Shown in pieces: positions 37,295 through 47,295 of a DNA stretch of 64,000 nt. Made by a program: the position numbers and the translations under genes. Each line of letters starts with the position of its first letter. Position 1 is the stretch's first letter. The notes under the pieces are model-generated. The model made no database searches. It had not been told where the DNA came from and was given only the letters and a program-made list of their open reading frames with translations. The DNA is from Patescibacteria group bacterium UBA5272 (lineage in GTDB: Bacteria; Patescibacteriota; Minisyncoccia; Phycocordibacterales; UBA5272): the NCBI GenBank assembly GCA_002408565.1, contig DHTA01000005.1:108049-172048 (forward strand), read 5' to 3'.

Positions 37295-40200
37295 ATGAAT
37301 AATCTAAATCAAACCTTCGAAACCCGCTATAAAAACCTAAATGAAAAGCAAAAAGAAGCTGTAGATACGATTGATGGCCCGGTTTTAGTAGTGGCTGGAC
37401 CAGGGAGTGGAAAGACAGAACTTCTCTCACTTCGTGCAGCAAATATTTTGAAAGAAACTCAGGCAACTCCTGGAAATATATTACTCCTCACATTTACTGA
37501 AAATGGAGCTAAAAATATGCGTGAGAGAATAGTCTCTCTAATTGGTGAAGCTGGATATAGGATAGCGATTTATACTTTCCACGCTTTCGCGAGCGACATT
37601 ATGAATAAATATGCCGAATTCTTTTTTGATGGAGCAAATTTTAAACCAGCCACTGAAGTGGAAAAGATAAATATTATTGAAAAAATCCTAGAGGCACTTC
37701 CAAGAGAAAATCCTCTGACCAGTCTTCATCCTGAAAAAGGCTACGCCTATCTCTATGATATTATTGCCCTCATCTCCGCTCTCAAAAAAGGAAATCTCAC
37801 CGGTGAAGAATTTAAAGAAAAAATTAAAAGAAATGAGAGTGAATATAAAGAGATAAATGAAAAAGTCAGCGAATACTTTTTAGAGATCGCAGGTAAAAGA
37901 AAATTTGAATTACTTCGCGATGTATATTTACAGATTTATAATGAATTAAATTTAATGGGGCAAAATGACAACAATGTGGCTAAGTTTTTGGCGGATATTT
38001 TATCTTTAGAGATAAAGCACGCTGAAGAAGTTGGTAAAGGGAACAATTTAACCAAATGGAAAGACCAATATTTTACCAAAAGCGAAGATGGCAGATTTAT
38101 TTTAAAAGATAGCCGCGAAGAAAAGATCAAGAAATGGATGGCTGTTGAAGATGTCTATGAGAAATACAACGCCAAAATGTATGAGGTTGGGCTATACGAC
38201 TTTGACGATATGATTTTTAAAGTTGGGCGCGAGCTTGAGAAAAATGAGGGACTAAGAAATGAGCTAGAAGAAAGATTCCAATATATTATGATTGACGAAT
38301 TCCAAGACACTTCGGACTCACAGTTTAATTTAGTTTTAAATCTAACTAAAAGTCTGGTAAATGAGGGAAGACCAAATGTTTTGGCTGTTGGAGACGATGA
38401 TCAGGCTATTTTCAAATTTCAAGGAGCTGAATTGGACAATATTACTAAATTTATAAAAAGTTACAAAGAAGTTAAACTTGTCACCTTAGATAAAAACTAT
38501 CGCTCTACTCAAAATATTTTGGATGAAGCGAGAAAGCTTATTACAAAAATTGGAGACAGACTAGAAACTAGGTACCCAGAAATAAATAAAGAAATCAAAG
38601 CGGAAAATGAAAAATTAATCAAGGCTCACAAAGGAGAAATCGTAGAGAAAAATTTTGACAATATTCATAGCGAGTTTAATTTTGTAGCTAAAGAGATAGA
38701 ATCTTTAATTAAAAAGGGAGTAAATCCAGAGGAAATAAGCGTCATCTCACGAACCCATAAAAATTTGAAAAACTTAGCTTCTATTTTTAATGAATACAAA
38801 ATCCCTTATAGCTATGAAAAAGAAGAGAACGTTTTTGATAAAGAACCGATTAGAGAAATAATTACTTTGGTAGAATTTGCGGAAAGTGGACTTGAAAATA
38901 TTAAAGAGGAATTGCTTCCAGAAATTTTGTCTTATAAATTCTGGGGTCTAGATAGAATAGAGGTTTGGAAAATAGGGGAGGTGGTCAGACAGGGAGAGAT
39001 TAGTTTAGGAGAGTTTGGAGAGAGAGTTTATATTAAACCATCTTGGCTTAAAGTAATGTTGGAAAGTCAGAATGAAAAAGTAAAAGGTGTTGCAAAATTT
39101 TTAATAGAACTAGTTAGCGATGCAAAATCTTTACCACTCCTTCACTTGATAGATAAAATAGTCGGTACTCGTGAATGGGAAGTGAATCGTGAATACGACG
39201 ATGGGGAAGAGGGAGAAAAAGAAATTAATTTTATTTCTCCATTTAAAGGATATTATTTTGGAAAGGAAAATTTTGATCACAATAAACCAGAATACCTAGA
39301 CTTCCTTTTTGCGCTTCGCACATTTATTGGTTCTCTTCGCGAATACAAAGGTGGTGATACCCTGTATGCTAGAGATTTGAAAGATTTTGTAGCTATTTAT
39401 GAAAATAATAAAAACTTAACCCTTTCTACCATTTCTCCTTTTGCGACTAGTGAAAAAGCGGTAGTACTTCAGACGGCCCACAAAAGTAAAGGACTTGAAT
39501 ATGAATATATTTTTATTTTAAATAGTGATGAAAATGAGTGGAATGGTAGGAAAGGTGTAAATAAAATTGGACTTCCAATCAATTTGCCACTCTTGCCGTC
39601 AGATGATGATATTTCGGACAGGGTGAGACTTTATTATGTAGCTATGACTAGAGCTAAACATACTCTTTATATCACTAATAATAAGGAAAAGTTTTCTATG
39701 CTTTTAACGGAAAAAGAAGAGAAAGAGAAAAACGAAATAGATGACGACTTGATTAAGACTTTATATCCGGTAGAGAAAAAGATATTTTTGGAAGATGAAA
39801 AAGCCCTTTTAAAAAGAGTTTTAGAGGATTATAAAATGCCGGTTACTCATATTATAAATTTCTTAAATATTGGAAAAATTGGTCCAGAAAAATTCTTGGA
39901 GCAAAATTTACTTCGTTTTCCACAAGCTATGAGTCCATCTAGTGTCTATGGAACAGCTATACACGAGGCTATTCAAAACTACTATCTTTATAAAAAGAAA
40001 TATGAAAAGAATCCAGATCTTGACAGAGTAATCTCTTTTTTTAAGAACGCTTTAAATAGAGGAGCTCTTTCAAAGATAGAATACGAAAAATATTATAATT
40101 CCGGAGTGAAAAATTTGGAAATATTTATTCAAAATTTAGAGAAGCAAAAAGAGTTAGGGCAGATTGAAGTGGAAGTAAACTTTGCTAACGAAGGAGTGCA

Positions 40201-40675
40201 GATAAAAGATGTGCCAGCAACTGGAAAGATAGATAAATTAGTCTTGAATGGAAATTCTGCTGTGGTCACTGATTTTAAGACGGGAAAAAGTTTTAGAGAT
40301 TGGAATGATGGAGATAGCAATTATGACAAAATAAAATTGCATTTCTTTGAATATCAGCTGGCTTTTTATGCCCTACTTCTACGAAATTCCAGAACCTATG
40401 AAAGGGTTAATTTTGAAAAAGGAATTATAGAGTTTGTAGAAGCTGATTCAAAAAATAAAGTAAATATTTTGGAAATAAAAGATGGTGAGGAATTTGAGGT
40501 TATCATAGATAGGGTAGAGTCTTTGGCTAATGCTATTTACAAAAAGATAGTCGATTTAGATTTTCCAGATACTGCGAGATATAAACTGAAAAAAGATAGA
40601 GCGGAAGAAAAAGATGAAGTCACCCTGAGAGATATTATTCAATTTGAAGATGATTTATTAAGTGGTAATATATAA
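37295..40675 (+). CDS. UvrD/REP SF1 helicase fused to a C-terminal PD-(D/E)XK nuclease (AddA/AdnA-like)
   Basis: AGPGSGKT, DEFQD, VGDDDQAIF, NYRS, HKSKGLE, YVAMTRA; nuclease GKIDK..DFKTG..YQL.FY. Start MNNLN at 37295. Confidence 0.93.
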   Translation: MNNLNQTFETRYKNLNEKQKEAVDTIDGPVLVVAGPGSGKTELLSLRAANILKETQATPGNILLLTFTENGAKNMRERIVSLIGEAGYRIAIYTFHAFASDIMNKYAEFFFDGANFKPATEVEKINIIEKILEALPRENPLTSLHPEKGYAYLYDIIALISALKKGNLTGEEFKEKIKRNESEYKEINEKVSEYFLEIAGKRKFELLRDVYLQIYNELNLMGQNDNNVAKFLADILSLEIKHAEEVGKGNNLTKWKDQYFTKSEDGRFILKDSREEKIKKWMAVEDVYEKYNAKMYEVGLYDFDDMIFKVGRELEKNEGLRNELEERFQYIMIDEFQDTSDSQFNLVLNLTKSLVNEGRPNVLAVGDDDQAIFKFQGAELDNITKFIKSYKEVKLVTLDKNYRSTQNILDEARKLITKIGDRLETRYPEINKEIKAENEKLIKAHKGEIVEKNFDNIHSEFNFVAKEIESLIKKGVNPEEISVISRTHKNLKNLASIFNEYKIPYSYEKEENVFDKEPIREIITLVEFAESGLENIKEELLPEILSYKFWGLDRIEVWKIGEVVRQGEISLGEFGERVYIKPSWLKVMLESQNEKVKGVAKFLIELVSDAKSLPLLHLIDKIVGTREWEVNREYDDGEEGEKEINFISPFKGYYFGKENFDHNKPEYLDFLFALRTFIGSLREYKGGDTLYARDLKDFVAIYENNKNLTLSTISPFATSEKAVVLQTAHKSKGLEYEYIFILNSDENEWNGRKGVNKIGLPINLPLLPSDDDISDRVRLYYVAMTRAKHTLYITNNKEKFSMLLTEKEEKEKNEIDDDLIKTLYPVEKKIFLEDEKALLKRVLEDYKMPVTHIINFLNIGKIGPEKFLEQNLLRFPQAMSPSSVYGTAIHEAIQNYYLYKKKYEKNPDLDRVISFFKNALNRGALSKIEYEKYYNSGVKNLEIFIQNLEKQKELGQIEVEVNFANEGVQIKDVPATGKIDKLVLNGNSAVVTDFKTGKSFRDWNDGDSNYDKIKLHFFEYQLAFYALLLRNSRTYERVNFEKGIIEFVEADSKNKVNILEIKDGEEFEVIIDRVESLANAIYKKIVDLDFPDTARYKLKKDRAEEKDEVTLRDIIQFEDDLLSGNI

Positions 40676-40677
40676 TT

Positions 40678-41556
40678 ATGGCTGATAAATATAATGCAGT
40701 TTGGCTCTCCCATTCATCTTTTAACGACTTTTTAAGTTGCCCTAAAGCTTATTATCTTAAAAATGTCTATAAAGACCCTAAAAGTAGAAATAAAATCTCT
40801 CTAATTTCTCCACACACCTCTCTTGGCTCAGCCGTTCATTTAACTATTGAAACTCTTTTAGATTTTCCTTCAGAAAAGAGGACAGAAAAACTAAATACTT
40901 TAGAAAAAGACTATGAAAAAATTTGGCAAGCTAATTTTCAAGGGAAAAGAGGTGGATTTTTGAGCGAAGAGGAAGAAAAAGATTTTTTTGAAAGAGGTTT
41001 AGCAATGATTAAAAATATCAAAGAAAATCCAAATTTTTTATTAAATAAAATTATAAAAAGAGAAAGTTATTATAAGGGAGATATTTTACCAAACTTTTTT
41101 ATTGATGACGAAGAAGAAATTTTGCTTTGTGGAGTACCAGACTGGGTAGAATATTTAGACGATGACACTTTGCACGTGATAGATTTTAAAACTGGAAAAA
41201 ATGAAGAAAGAGAAGATAGTTCTCAATTACCAATTTATGTTTTACTTTTAGAAAATTTACAAAAAAGAAAAGTCTCTCGGGCTAGCTATTGGTATTTGTC
41301 CAAAGATAAGAAAGCACAAGAAAAAGAAATCAACAGAGAAGAGATTGAAGACCTTAAAAATAAAATTGTTAAAACCGGAAAAGATATTAAAGATTTAAAA
41401 AATGAAGCCTTAAAAAAAGACTGGCGAGAAGTCTTTTTTTGTGGAAGAGGGGAGGAGGGTTGTATACATTGTAAAGATTATGAGAAAATAGTTTCTGGTG
41501 AAGCAGAATATGTCGGTAAAGATATTTACAATAAAGATGGTTATATTTTAAATTAA
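40678..41556 (+). CDS. PD-(D/E)XK nuclease (RecB/AddB/Cas4-like)
   Basis: LSHS..CPKAYY, GSAVH, GVPDWV..IDFKTG..QL.IY; C-terminal C-x6-C-x2-C. Confidence 0.88.
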   Translation: MADKYNAVWLSHSSFNDFLSCPKAYYLKNVYKDPKSRNKISLISPHTSLGSAVHLTIETLLDFPSEKRTEKLNTLEKDYEKIWQANFQGKRGGFLSEEEEKDFFERGLAMIKNIKENPNFLLNKIIKRESYYKGDILPNFFIDDEEEILLCGVPDWVEYLDDDTLHVIDFKTGKNEEREDSSQLPIYVLLLENLQKRKVSRASYWYLSKDKKAQEKEINREEIEDLKNKIVKTGKDIKDLKNEALKKDWREVFFCGRGEEGCIHCKDYEKIVSGEAEYVGKDIYNKDGYILN

Positions 41557-41557
41557 C

Positions 41558-43291
41558 TTAGTTTTTAATTTGTAAACGAAGAAGCTTGAGAGAATCGTAA
41601 TCTATTTTTATTTTTAAATCTTTATTTAATTTATCAAACTTAGTCTTTAGTCCAGAGTCTTCTGCTAAAACTTTTTTAATAGCTTTTAATTGAATATTAG
41701 TATATTTTTTCTCAATTTCTTTCCAAATATATTTCAAATCTTTTTCTTCTATTTCTCTCCCTTCAAATAATTCTTCAATATGACTAATAATAGTATTGGT
41801 TTTTAAGCTTCTCTTTTTAGCAATTTCTTTTGGCAAAAGTTTTTCTTTGAGAAAGTCTAAAGTCACTAAAGTGGTTTTAGTTTTTACAGGTTTTTCAAAA
41901 GTTTCTTTTTCTAGTTCGTGAGGAACTAAATCCCCATCAGAAGCCAAGATAAAATCTTCTTGTAATCTTTTGAGTTTATTTTCCATTTCTTTACTAGAAA
42001 AATATTTTTCTAAAGCTTGACTAGCTTTCTCGGATCTAGCTCGAAAAACTTTATCTTGCTTTGTAACCCCAGGATTAATTTTTAAAGCTTTATCATGAAT
42101 ACCCAGAAGACAAATATTTTCAAATTTCCTTACTCTAGATAAGGCTACGTAACCCATGCCTGTACCAAAAGCTTTAGAAAGGTCAATTTCGGCAGCGTCT
42201 AAAGTCATACCTTGAGATTTGTGCACTGTAATAGCCCAAGCGTAGCGAAGAGGCAATTGTGAAATTTCAGCCAAGACTTTGCCGTCATCATTTACATATT
42301 GCCAATTTTCTCGAGAGACCGAAATCTTTTTTCCATCAAAAGTTTTAACTATAGGCATATTGGAGACATCAAAGTCTATAATTTCTCCCAAAGTTCCATT
42401 TTGATATTCGCGATTTTTATCATTTTTTACAAAAATAACTTTAGCTCCTTTTTTGAGATTAATACTTTCTGGAGCCAGACAGTTAGCTTTCAAAATTTCT
42501 ACAAAGTTTTTCTTCCCGTTGCAAATCACTTCATAAGAAAATTCTGGAGAGTCAATTTTTAAATCACAATATTTTTCTAAATTAATAGTATCTACATCAA
42601 TATTATGAGTGTAAAGTTTTAAAGTTTCAGTTTTTGTTTGAGAAGAAAGGTTTTTGTTTAATTTTTGAAGAATTTTATTTGTGTCTCTTTCAAAACGAAT
42701 ATCGTTTAAAATTTTTGTTAAAGTTTCACCTTCTTTTTGGCGATAATTTTCTTCTAAATAACAAATTATCGGATTTAATTCTTTCCAAGCTAGAGAGTTA
42801 TAAGCAAATTCCTGATCTTCGTCCGGATAATCTTCCATCTTTCCATATCTTTTAACCACTGGTGGAAGCTGAAAAAAATCTCCACAGAAAACTATTTGTA
42901 TTCCACCAAAAGGTAAATCATTTTTTCTAAAAGTTTTAAAAAGAGTATTAATCATATCAAGACGATTGGCGTGAAGCATGGAAATTTCGTCGATAATTAA
43001 AACTTTAACATTTGCATAACGTTTATAAAGTTTTTCATTTTGTTCAAGTTTATCTAAAGTATATTTATCTAATTTTTCATAGACACCAATTCCGCTCCAA
43101 GAATGAATAGTTTGTCCTCCAATATGAGTGGCTGCGATACCAGTAGAAGCTGTAATAGCTGGAGGAATAGAATGAGACTTTAAATATTCAATATATTTAT
43201 TTAAAACAAAAGTTTTACCAGTGCCAGCAGCTCCAGTCAAAAATACCGAATGTCCCATTTTCATTATATCCAAAGCTTCTTTTTGAGTCAT
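41558..43291 (-). CDS. Pif1-family SF1B helicase with C-terminal HTH
   Basis: TGAAGTGKT, ASTGIAA, DEISM, FGG.Q...GDFFQLPP, AWAITVHKSQGMTL, YVALSR; HTH EIAKKR.L...TI..H. Confidence 0.93.
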   Translation of the reverse strand: MTQKEALDIMKMGHSVFLTGAAGTGKTFVLNKYIEYLKSHSIPPAITASTGIAATHIGGQTIHSWSGIGVYEKLDKYTLDKLEQNEKLYKRYANVKVLIIDEISMLHANRLDMINTLFKTFRKNDLPFGGIQIVFCGDFFQLPPVVKRYGKMEDYPDEDQEFAYNSLAWKELNPIICYLEENYRQKEGETLTKILNDIRFERDTNKILQKLNKNLSSQTKTETLKLYTHNIDVDTINLEKYCDLKIDSPEFSYEVICNGKKNFVEILKANCLAPESINLKKGAKVIFVKNDKNREYQNGTLGEIIDFDVSNMPIVKTFDGKKISVSRENWQYVNDDGKVLAEISQLPLRYAWAITVHKSQGMTLDAAEIDLSKAFGTGMGYVALSRVRKFENICLLGIHDKALKINPGVTKQDKVFRARSEKASQALEKYFSSKEMENKLKRLQEDFILASDGDLVPHELEKETFEKPVKTKTTLVTLDFLKEKLLPKEIAKKRSLKTNTIISHIEELFEGREIEEKDLKYIWKEIEKKYTNIQLKAIKKVLAEDSGLKTKFDKLNKDLKIKIDYDSLKLLRLQIKN

Positions 43292-43356
43292 AAATTATTC
43301 TAAGTATAACAAATTTCTTTCTTTTTAAGTTGTGTAAAATATGTTATTTTGTATAA

Positions 43357-44730
43357 ATGATTTTTAATCTATTTAATTCTAAAAAAAATCTTAAAAAAGA
43401 AGAGGATTTCTCTTTTGGTTTAACCAAAAAGCTAGTAAAAAGCATTTCTAAAGACAAAAAAGAGCCAAAATGGATGCTTAAAAAGCGTTTAGAGGCTTTT
43501 GCCGTCTATAAAAGTACTCCTTTACCAAATTGGGGACCAAGTTTAAAAGATTTAAATTTAAATGAAATTGTCTATTATGTGCCAAGTAATTTGAAAGAGC
43601 AAAGTAGTTGGGAGAAAGTCCCTAAAGAAATTGCTGAAACTTTTGAAAAATTGGGTATTCCAAAAGCTGAGAAAGAATATTTAGGAGGGGTGGGAGCTCA
43701 ATACGATTCCGGAGTAATTTATCATTCTATAAAAGAGTCTCTTAAAAAACAGGGAGTGATTTTTGAAAACTTAGATACCGCTCTCAAGCTTTATCCTGAT
43801 TTAGTGAAAAAATATTTCATGAATGATTGTATAAAAATAAATGAGCATAAATTTGCTTCTTTGCATGCGGCTTGCTTTAGTGGTGGAACATTTATTTACG
43901 TACCTAAAGGAGTAGAAGTTCGTATGCCACTTCAATCTTATTTTCGAATGAATAAAGAAAAGGGTGGACAATTTGAGCACACTATTATTGTGGCAGATGA
44001 AAATAGTTATGTAGAATATATTGAAGGGTGTTCTGCGCCAAGATATTCTTTTTCAGCTCTTCACGCTGGTGGAGTAGAAATTTTTGTTGGTAAAGGAGCT
44101 AAAGTAAAATATTCTAGCATTGAGAATTGGAGTAAAAATGTTTACAATTTGAATACTAAAAAAGCTTTAGTTTTTGAAAGGGGAGAAATAGAATGGCTAA
44201 ATGGAAATACTGGATCTTCTACTACCATGCTTTATCCATCTTCTATTTTACTTGGAGAATATGCGAGGAGTGAAAGTCTGGGTATAGCTATGGCCGGTAA
44301 AGGACAATTTCAAGATGTAGGGAGTAAAGTCGTACATATTGCTCCAAATACTTATTCTGTCATTAAATCAAAATCTATAGCTAAAAACGGAGGAGTTTCA
44401 AATTATAGAGGCTTTGTGGAAATTGGCAAAAAAGCCAAAAATTCTAAAGCTGTAGTAAATTGTGACACTTTAATATTAGATGAAAATTCTAAAGCTCTCG
44501 CTGTGCCAGTCAACAAAGTTTCTAATCAAGATGTAGAAATTTCTCATGAAGCTAAAGTGGGGCAGCTTTCTCTTAAAGAAATTTTCTATACCAATCTCCA
44601 CGGTTTTGATGAATATGGAGCACAAAGATTAATTATCGGTGGATTTGCTAATGAAGTTATTAAAAAACTTCCTTTAGAATACGCGATAGAGTTAAACAAA
44701 TTAATTGACTTAGAAATAGAAGGAATGTAA
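43357..44730 (+). CDS. sufB: Fe-S cluster assembly protein SufB
   Basis: EPKWM..R, GVGAQYDS, FSGGTFIYVPKG, GQFEHT, EGCSAP, HEA, LPLEYAIELN. Confidence 0.95.
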   Translation: MIFNLFNSKKNLKKEEDFSFGLTKKLVKSISKDKKEPKWMLKKRLEAFAVYKSTPLPNWGPSLKDLNLNEIVYYVPSNLKEQSSWEKVPKEIAETFEKLGIPKAEKEYLGGVGAQYDSGVIYHSIKESLKKQGVIFENLDTALKLYPDLVKKYFMNDCIKINEHKFASLHAACFSGGTFIYVPKGVEVRMPLQSYFRMNKEKGGQFEHTIIVADENSYVEYIEGCSAPRYSFSALHAGGVEIFVGKGAKVKYSSIENWSKNVYNLNTKKALVFERGEIEWLNGNTGSSTTMLYPSSILLGEYARSESLGIAMAGKGQFQDVGSKVVHIAPNTYSVIKSKSIAKNGGVSNYRGFVEIGKKAKNSKAVVNCDTLILDENSKALAVPVNKVSNQDVEISHEAKVGQLSLKEIFYTNLHGFDEYGAQRLIIGGFANEVIKKLPLEYAIELNKLIDLEIEGM

Positions 44731-44734
44731 ATAT

Positions 44735-45307
44735 ATGGAAAAAGTAAAATACGGATTAAAAATTTATACTGATTTTAAAGAGAGTGAAATAAAAGAAAGG
44801 ACTCGAATTATTAATATAGACGAGGCTAAACATCTTGAGATCAAAGAAGAGAATTTTGAAAATGATTTTCTTTCACACATTATTATAAATCTAAATGTAG
44901 CAGAAGCTAGTGTGAAATTTATTGGCAGATATAGAGCGGAAAAATCTTTATGTGATATTTCTTGCGTGATTAATCATAAAGCCGATTACACCAAATCCGA
45001 AATCGATATTAAAGGCATTGCAGAAGCAGAGGGAAAAATAATTTCTCGTTCCAATATTTTTGTAGATGAAGATGTGAAAGGTGCAGAAGGGGAAGAAAAA
45101 GTAAAATTTATTTTTGTAGTTAAAGAAGGTGGAGAAGCAGGGGAGATAGACGCTATTCCAAATCTAGATATCAATAGTCACGATGTAAAAGTCTCTCACG
45201 CTCTTTCTATCTCAAAAATAAAAGAAACTGATATTTGGTATGCCAATCTTCATTCTTTTGACGAAAAAGAGTCCGAAGTCTTTTTTAAGGAAAACTTTTT
45301 AAATTAA
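44735..45307 (+). CDS. sufD: Short SufD-like protein
   Basis: C-terminal SufBD motifs (H....T.S....KG, AIPNLDI..HDVKVSHA); starts 4 nt after sufB. Confidence 0.75.
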   Translation: MEKVKYGLKIYTDFKESEIKERTRIINIDEAKHLEIKEENFENDFLSHIIINLNVAEASVKFIGRYRAEKSLCDISCVINHKADYTKSEIDIKGIAEAEGKIISRSNIFVDEDVKGAEGEEKVKFIFVVKEGGEAGEIDAIPNLDINSHDVKVSHALSISKIKETDIWYANLHSFDEKESEVFFKENFLN

Positions 45308-45398
45308 AACAATACTTAGTTATTGTCAAGGCTAAAAAGGCTTTATTTTATGATATTATTTAAGAATTATCAGGTTTTTATTATTTTTTTAGAAGACT

Positions 45399-46667
45399 AT
45401 GTTAGATATTAAATTTATTAGAGAAAATCCAGAGCTTATTAAAATGGCAGCTCAAAAAAAACATTCTGATTTTAATGTTGACGAGTTAATAGAATTAGAC
45501 AAAAAAAGAGTTGAATTTTCTCAAAAAATAGAAGAGTTTCGAGCTAAACAAAATGCTGTCTCAGAAGAAATTGCAAAACTCTCTGGAGAAGAAAAACAGC
45601 GTAAGATTGCAGAGATGAGTCTTGTAAAAGAAGAAATGAAAAAGCTAGATCCTAAACTAACTGAGATTAGTGAAAAATGGAAAGAGCTAATGTTGAAAGT
45701 ACCAAATGTTCCAGATATGACTGTGCCAGATGGTAATTCTGATGCTGACAATCAAGAAGTAAAAGTTTGGGGAGAGAAAACGAAATTTGATTTTGAACCA
45801 AAAGATCATATTGAGATTATGGAAAATCTAAAGATGGTAGATTTTGAAAGAGGGTCTAAGGTACACGGTTTTAGAGGATATTTTTTAACTGGCGAAGGAG
45901 TTAGACTTTCTTTTGCGATTTGGAATTATGCTTTAGATTTTTTTAGCAAAAGAGGCTACAATCCTGTGATTCCTCCAGTCATTGTTCGTAAAGAAAATCT
46001 TTATGGCACTGGACATCTTCCTGGAGACGCTGATGACTATTATGTGACTCAAGATGATGACGCTTTAGCTGGTACAGCCGAAGTGCCACTTATGGGGTTC
46101 CATCGTGATGAGATTTTAGATATAAAAAGTCTTCCTATCAAATATCTTGGCTTTTCTCCTTGTTTTAGAAGAGAAGCGGGCAGCTATTCCAAAGATGTGA
46201 AAGGATTGATTAGGGTGCATGAATTTTATAAATTTGAACAATTTATACTTTGTGAAGCTAACCATGAAGAGTCTGTAAAATATCATGAAGAGTTAAATAG
46301 AAATACGGAAGAGTTTATCGAATCTTTAAAAATTCCATATCATACTGTTATTAATTGTGGCGGAGATTTGGGACAAGGTCAAGTTAAGAAGTATGATGTT
46401 GAGCTTTGGGTGCCAAAAGAAGAAAAATACAGAGAGATTTCTAGCGCTTCTTATTTTCACGATTTTCAAGCTAGAAGATCAAATGTAAAATATAGAGATG
46501 AAGAAGGTAAGGTTCGTTATGTACACTCTTTAAATTGTACAGCTATTCCTACCCCAAGAATTTTAGTTTCTTTAGTAGAAAATTATCAAAACGCAGACGG
46601 AAGTATTACTATTCCAGAAATTCTTGTTCCTTATATGCAAGATAAAAAAATAATTACTCACTCTTAA
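45399..46667 (+). CDS. serS: Serine--tRNA ligase
   Basis: MLDIKFIREN, GTAEVP, CFRREAG, GLIRVHEF.K.EQ, EISS, FQARR. Confidence 0.98.
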   Translation: MLDIKFIRENPELIKMAAQKKHSDFNVDELIELDKKRVEFSQKIEEFRAKQNAVSEEIAKLSGEEKQRKIAEMSLVKEEMKKLDPKLTEISEKWKELMLKVPNVPDMTVPDGNSDADNQEVKVWGEKTKFDFEPKDHIEIMENLKMVDFERGSKVHGFRGYFLTGEGVRLSFAIWNYALDFFSKRGYNPVIPPVIVRKENLYGTGHLPGDADDYYVTQDDDALAGTAEVPLMGFHRDEILDIKSLPIKYLGFSPCFRREAGSYSKDVKGLIRVHEFYKFEQFILCEANHEESVKYHEELNRNTEEFIESLKIPYHTVINCGGDLGQGQVKKYDVELWVPKEEKYREISSASYFHDFQARRSNVKYRDEEGKVRYVHSLNCTAIPTPRILVSLVENYQNADGSITIPEILVPYMQDKKIITHS

Positions 46668-46671
46668 AAAG

Positions 46672-47289
46672 ATGGCGAAAAAGAAGAAAAGAAAATTTAA
46701 AAAAGGATTTAAGGCTTTACTTTGGTTAATAATTTTGCTTTTAATAGCTGGAGGATTATTTTATTTGAATAATAAAAAAATAATTAGTTTTCAAAATATT
46801 TGGACGGAAACCAGTAATAAAGTTTTGAAAATAAAAGATTATTTAGAGAAAAAAGAAAAATCTACTGAGGCCACCGAAAATTCTCTTACCGATATTTTTG
46901 AAAAAGATAAGATAAACAAAGAAGAATATATTAGGATTTTTAGAACTCGTTTGCCAAGCAAAAATCTAAATTTTGCCTCTTCTAGCGAACCCTCTTTAAA
47001 TGGAGACATGAAAATCTTTTTACAGGACACCAGAGAAGAAATGGGATATTTATACGTCAATATTAATAATGATCCAGAATATGTTTGGATTACTTTTGTT
47101 TCAGCTGTAGACGCTGAGCCTTTAAAAACAGATTTGAAAAAGAAATTAAAATATTTAGATTATTTGGATTTGAGATTTTCTAACAAAGTTTTTTATAGAT
47201 TCCATAAAGAAAATGAAATTATACCTACCGTTAACACAAACATAGAAATGCCGATAGAGATTGCTACTTCTACCACAGAAATAAATTAA
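46672..47289 (+). CDS. Bitopic membrane protein, FtsQ/DivIB C-terminal-like
   Basis: Basic N-terminus, one TM helix, and YLDLRF.NKVFY near the C-terminus. Confidence 0.6.
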   Translation: MAKKKKRKFKKGFKALLWLIILLLIAGGLFYLNNKKIISFQNIWTETSNKVLKIKDYLEKKEKSTEATENSLTDIFEKDKINKEEYIRIFRTRLPSKNLNFASSSEPSLNGDMKIFLQDTREEMGYLYVNINNDPEYVWITFVSAVDAEPLKTDLKKKLKYLDYLDLRFSNKVFYRFHKENEIIPTVNTNIEMPIEIATSTTEIN

Positions 47290-47295
47290 CAAAGT

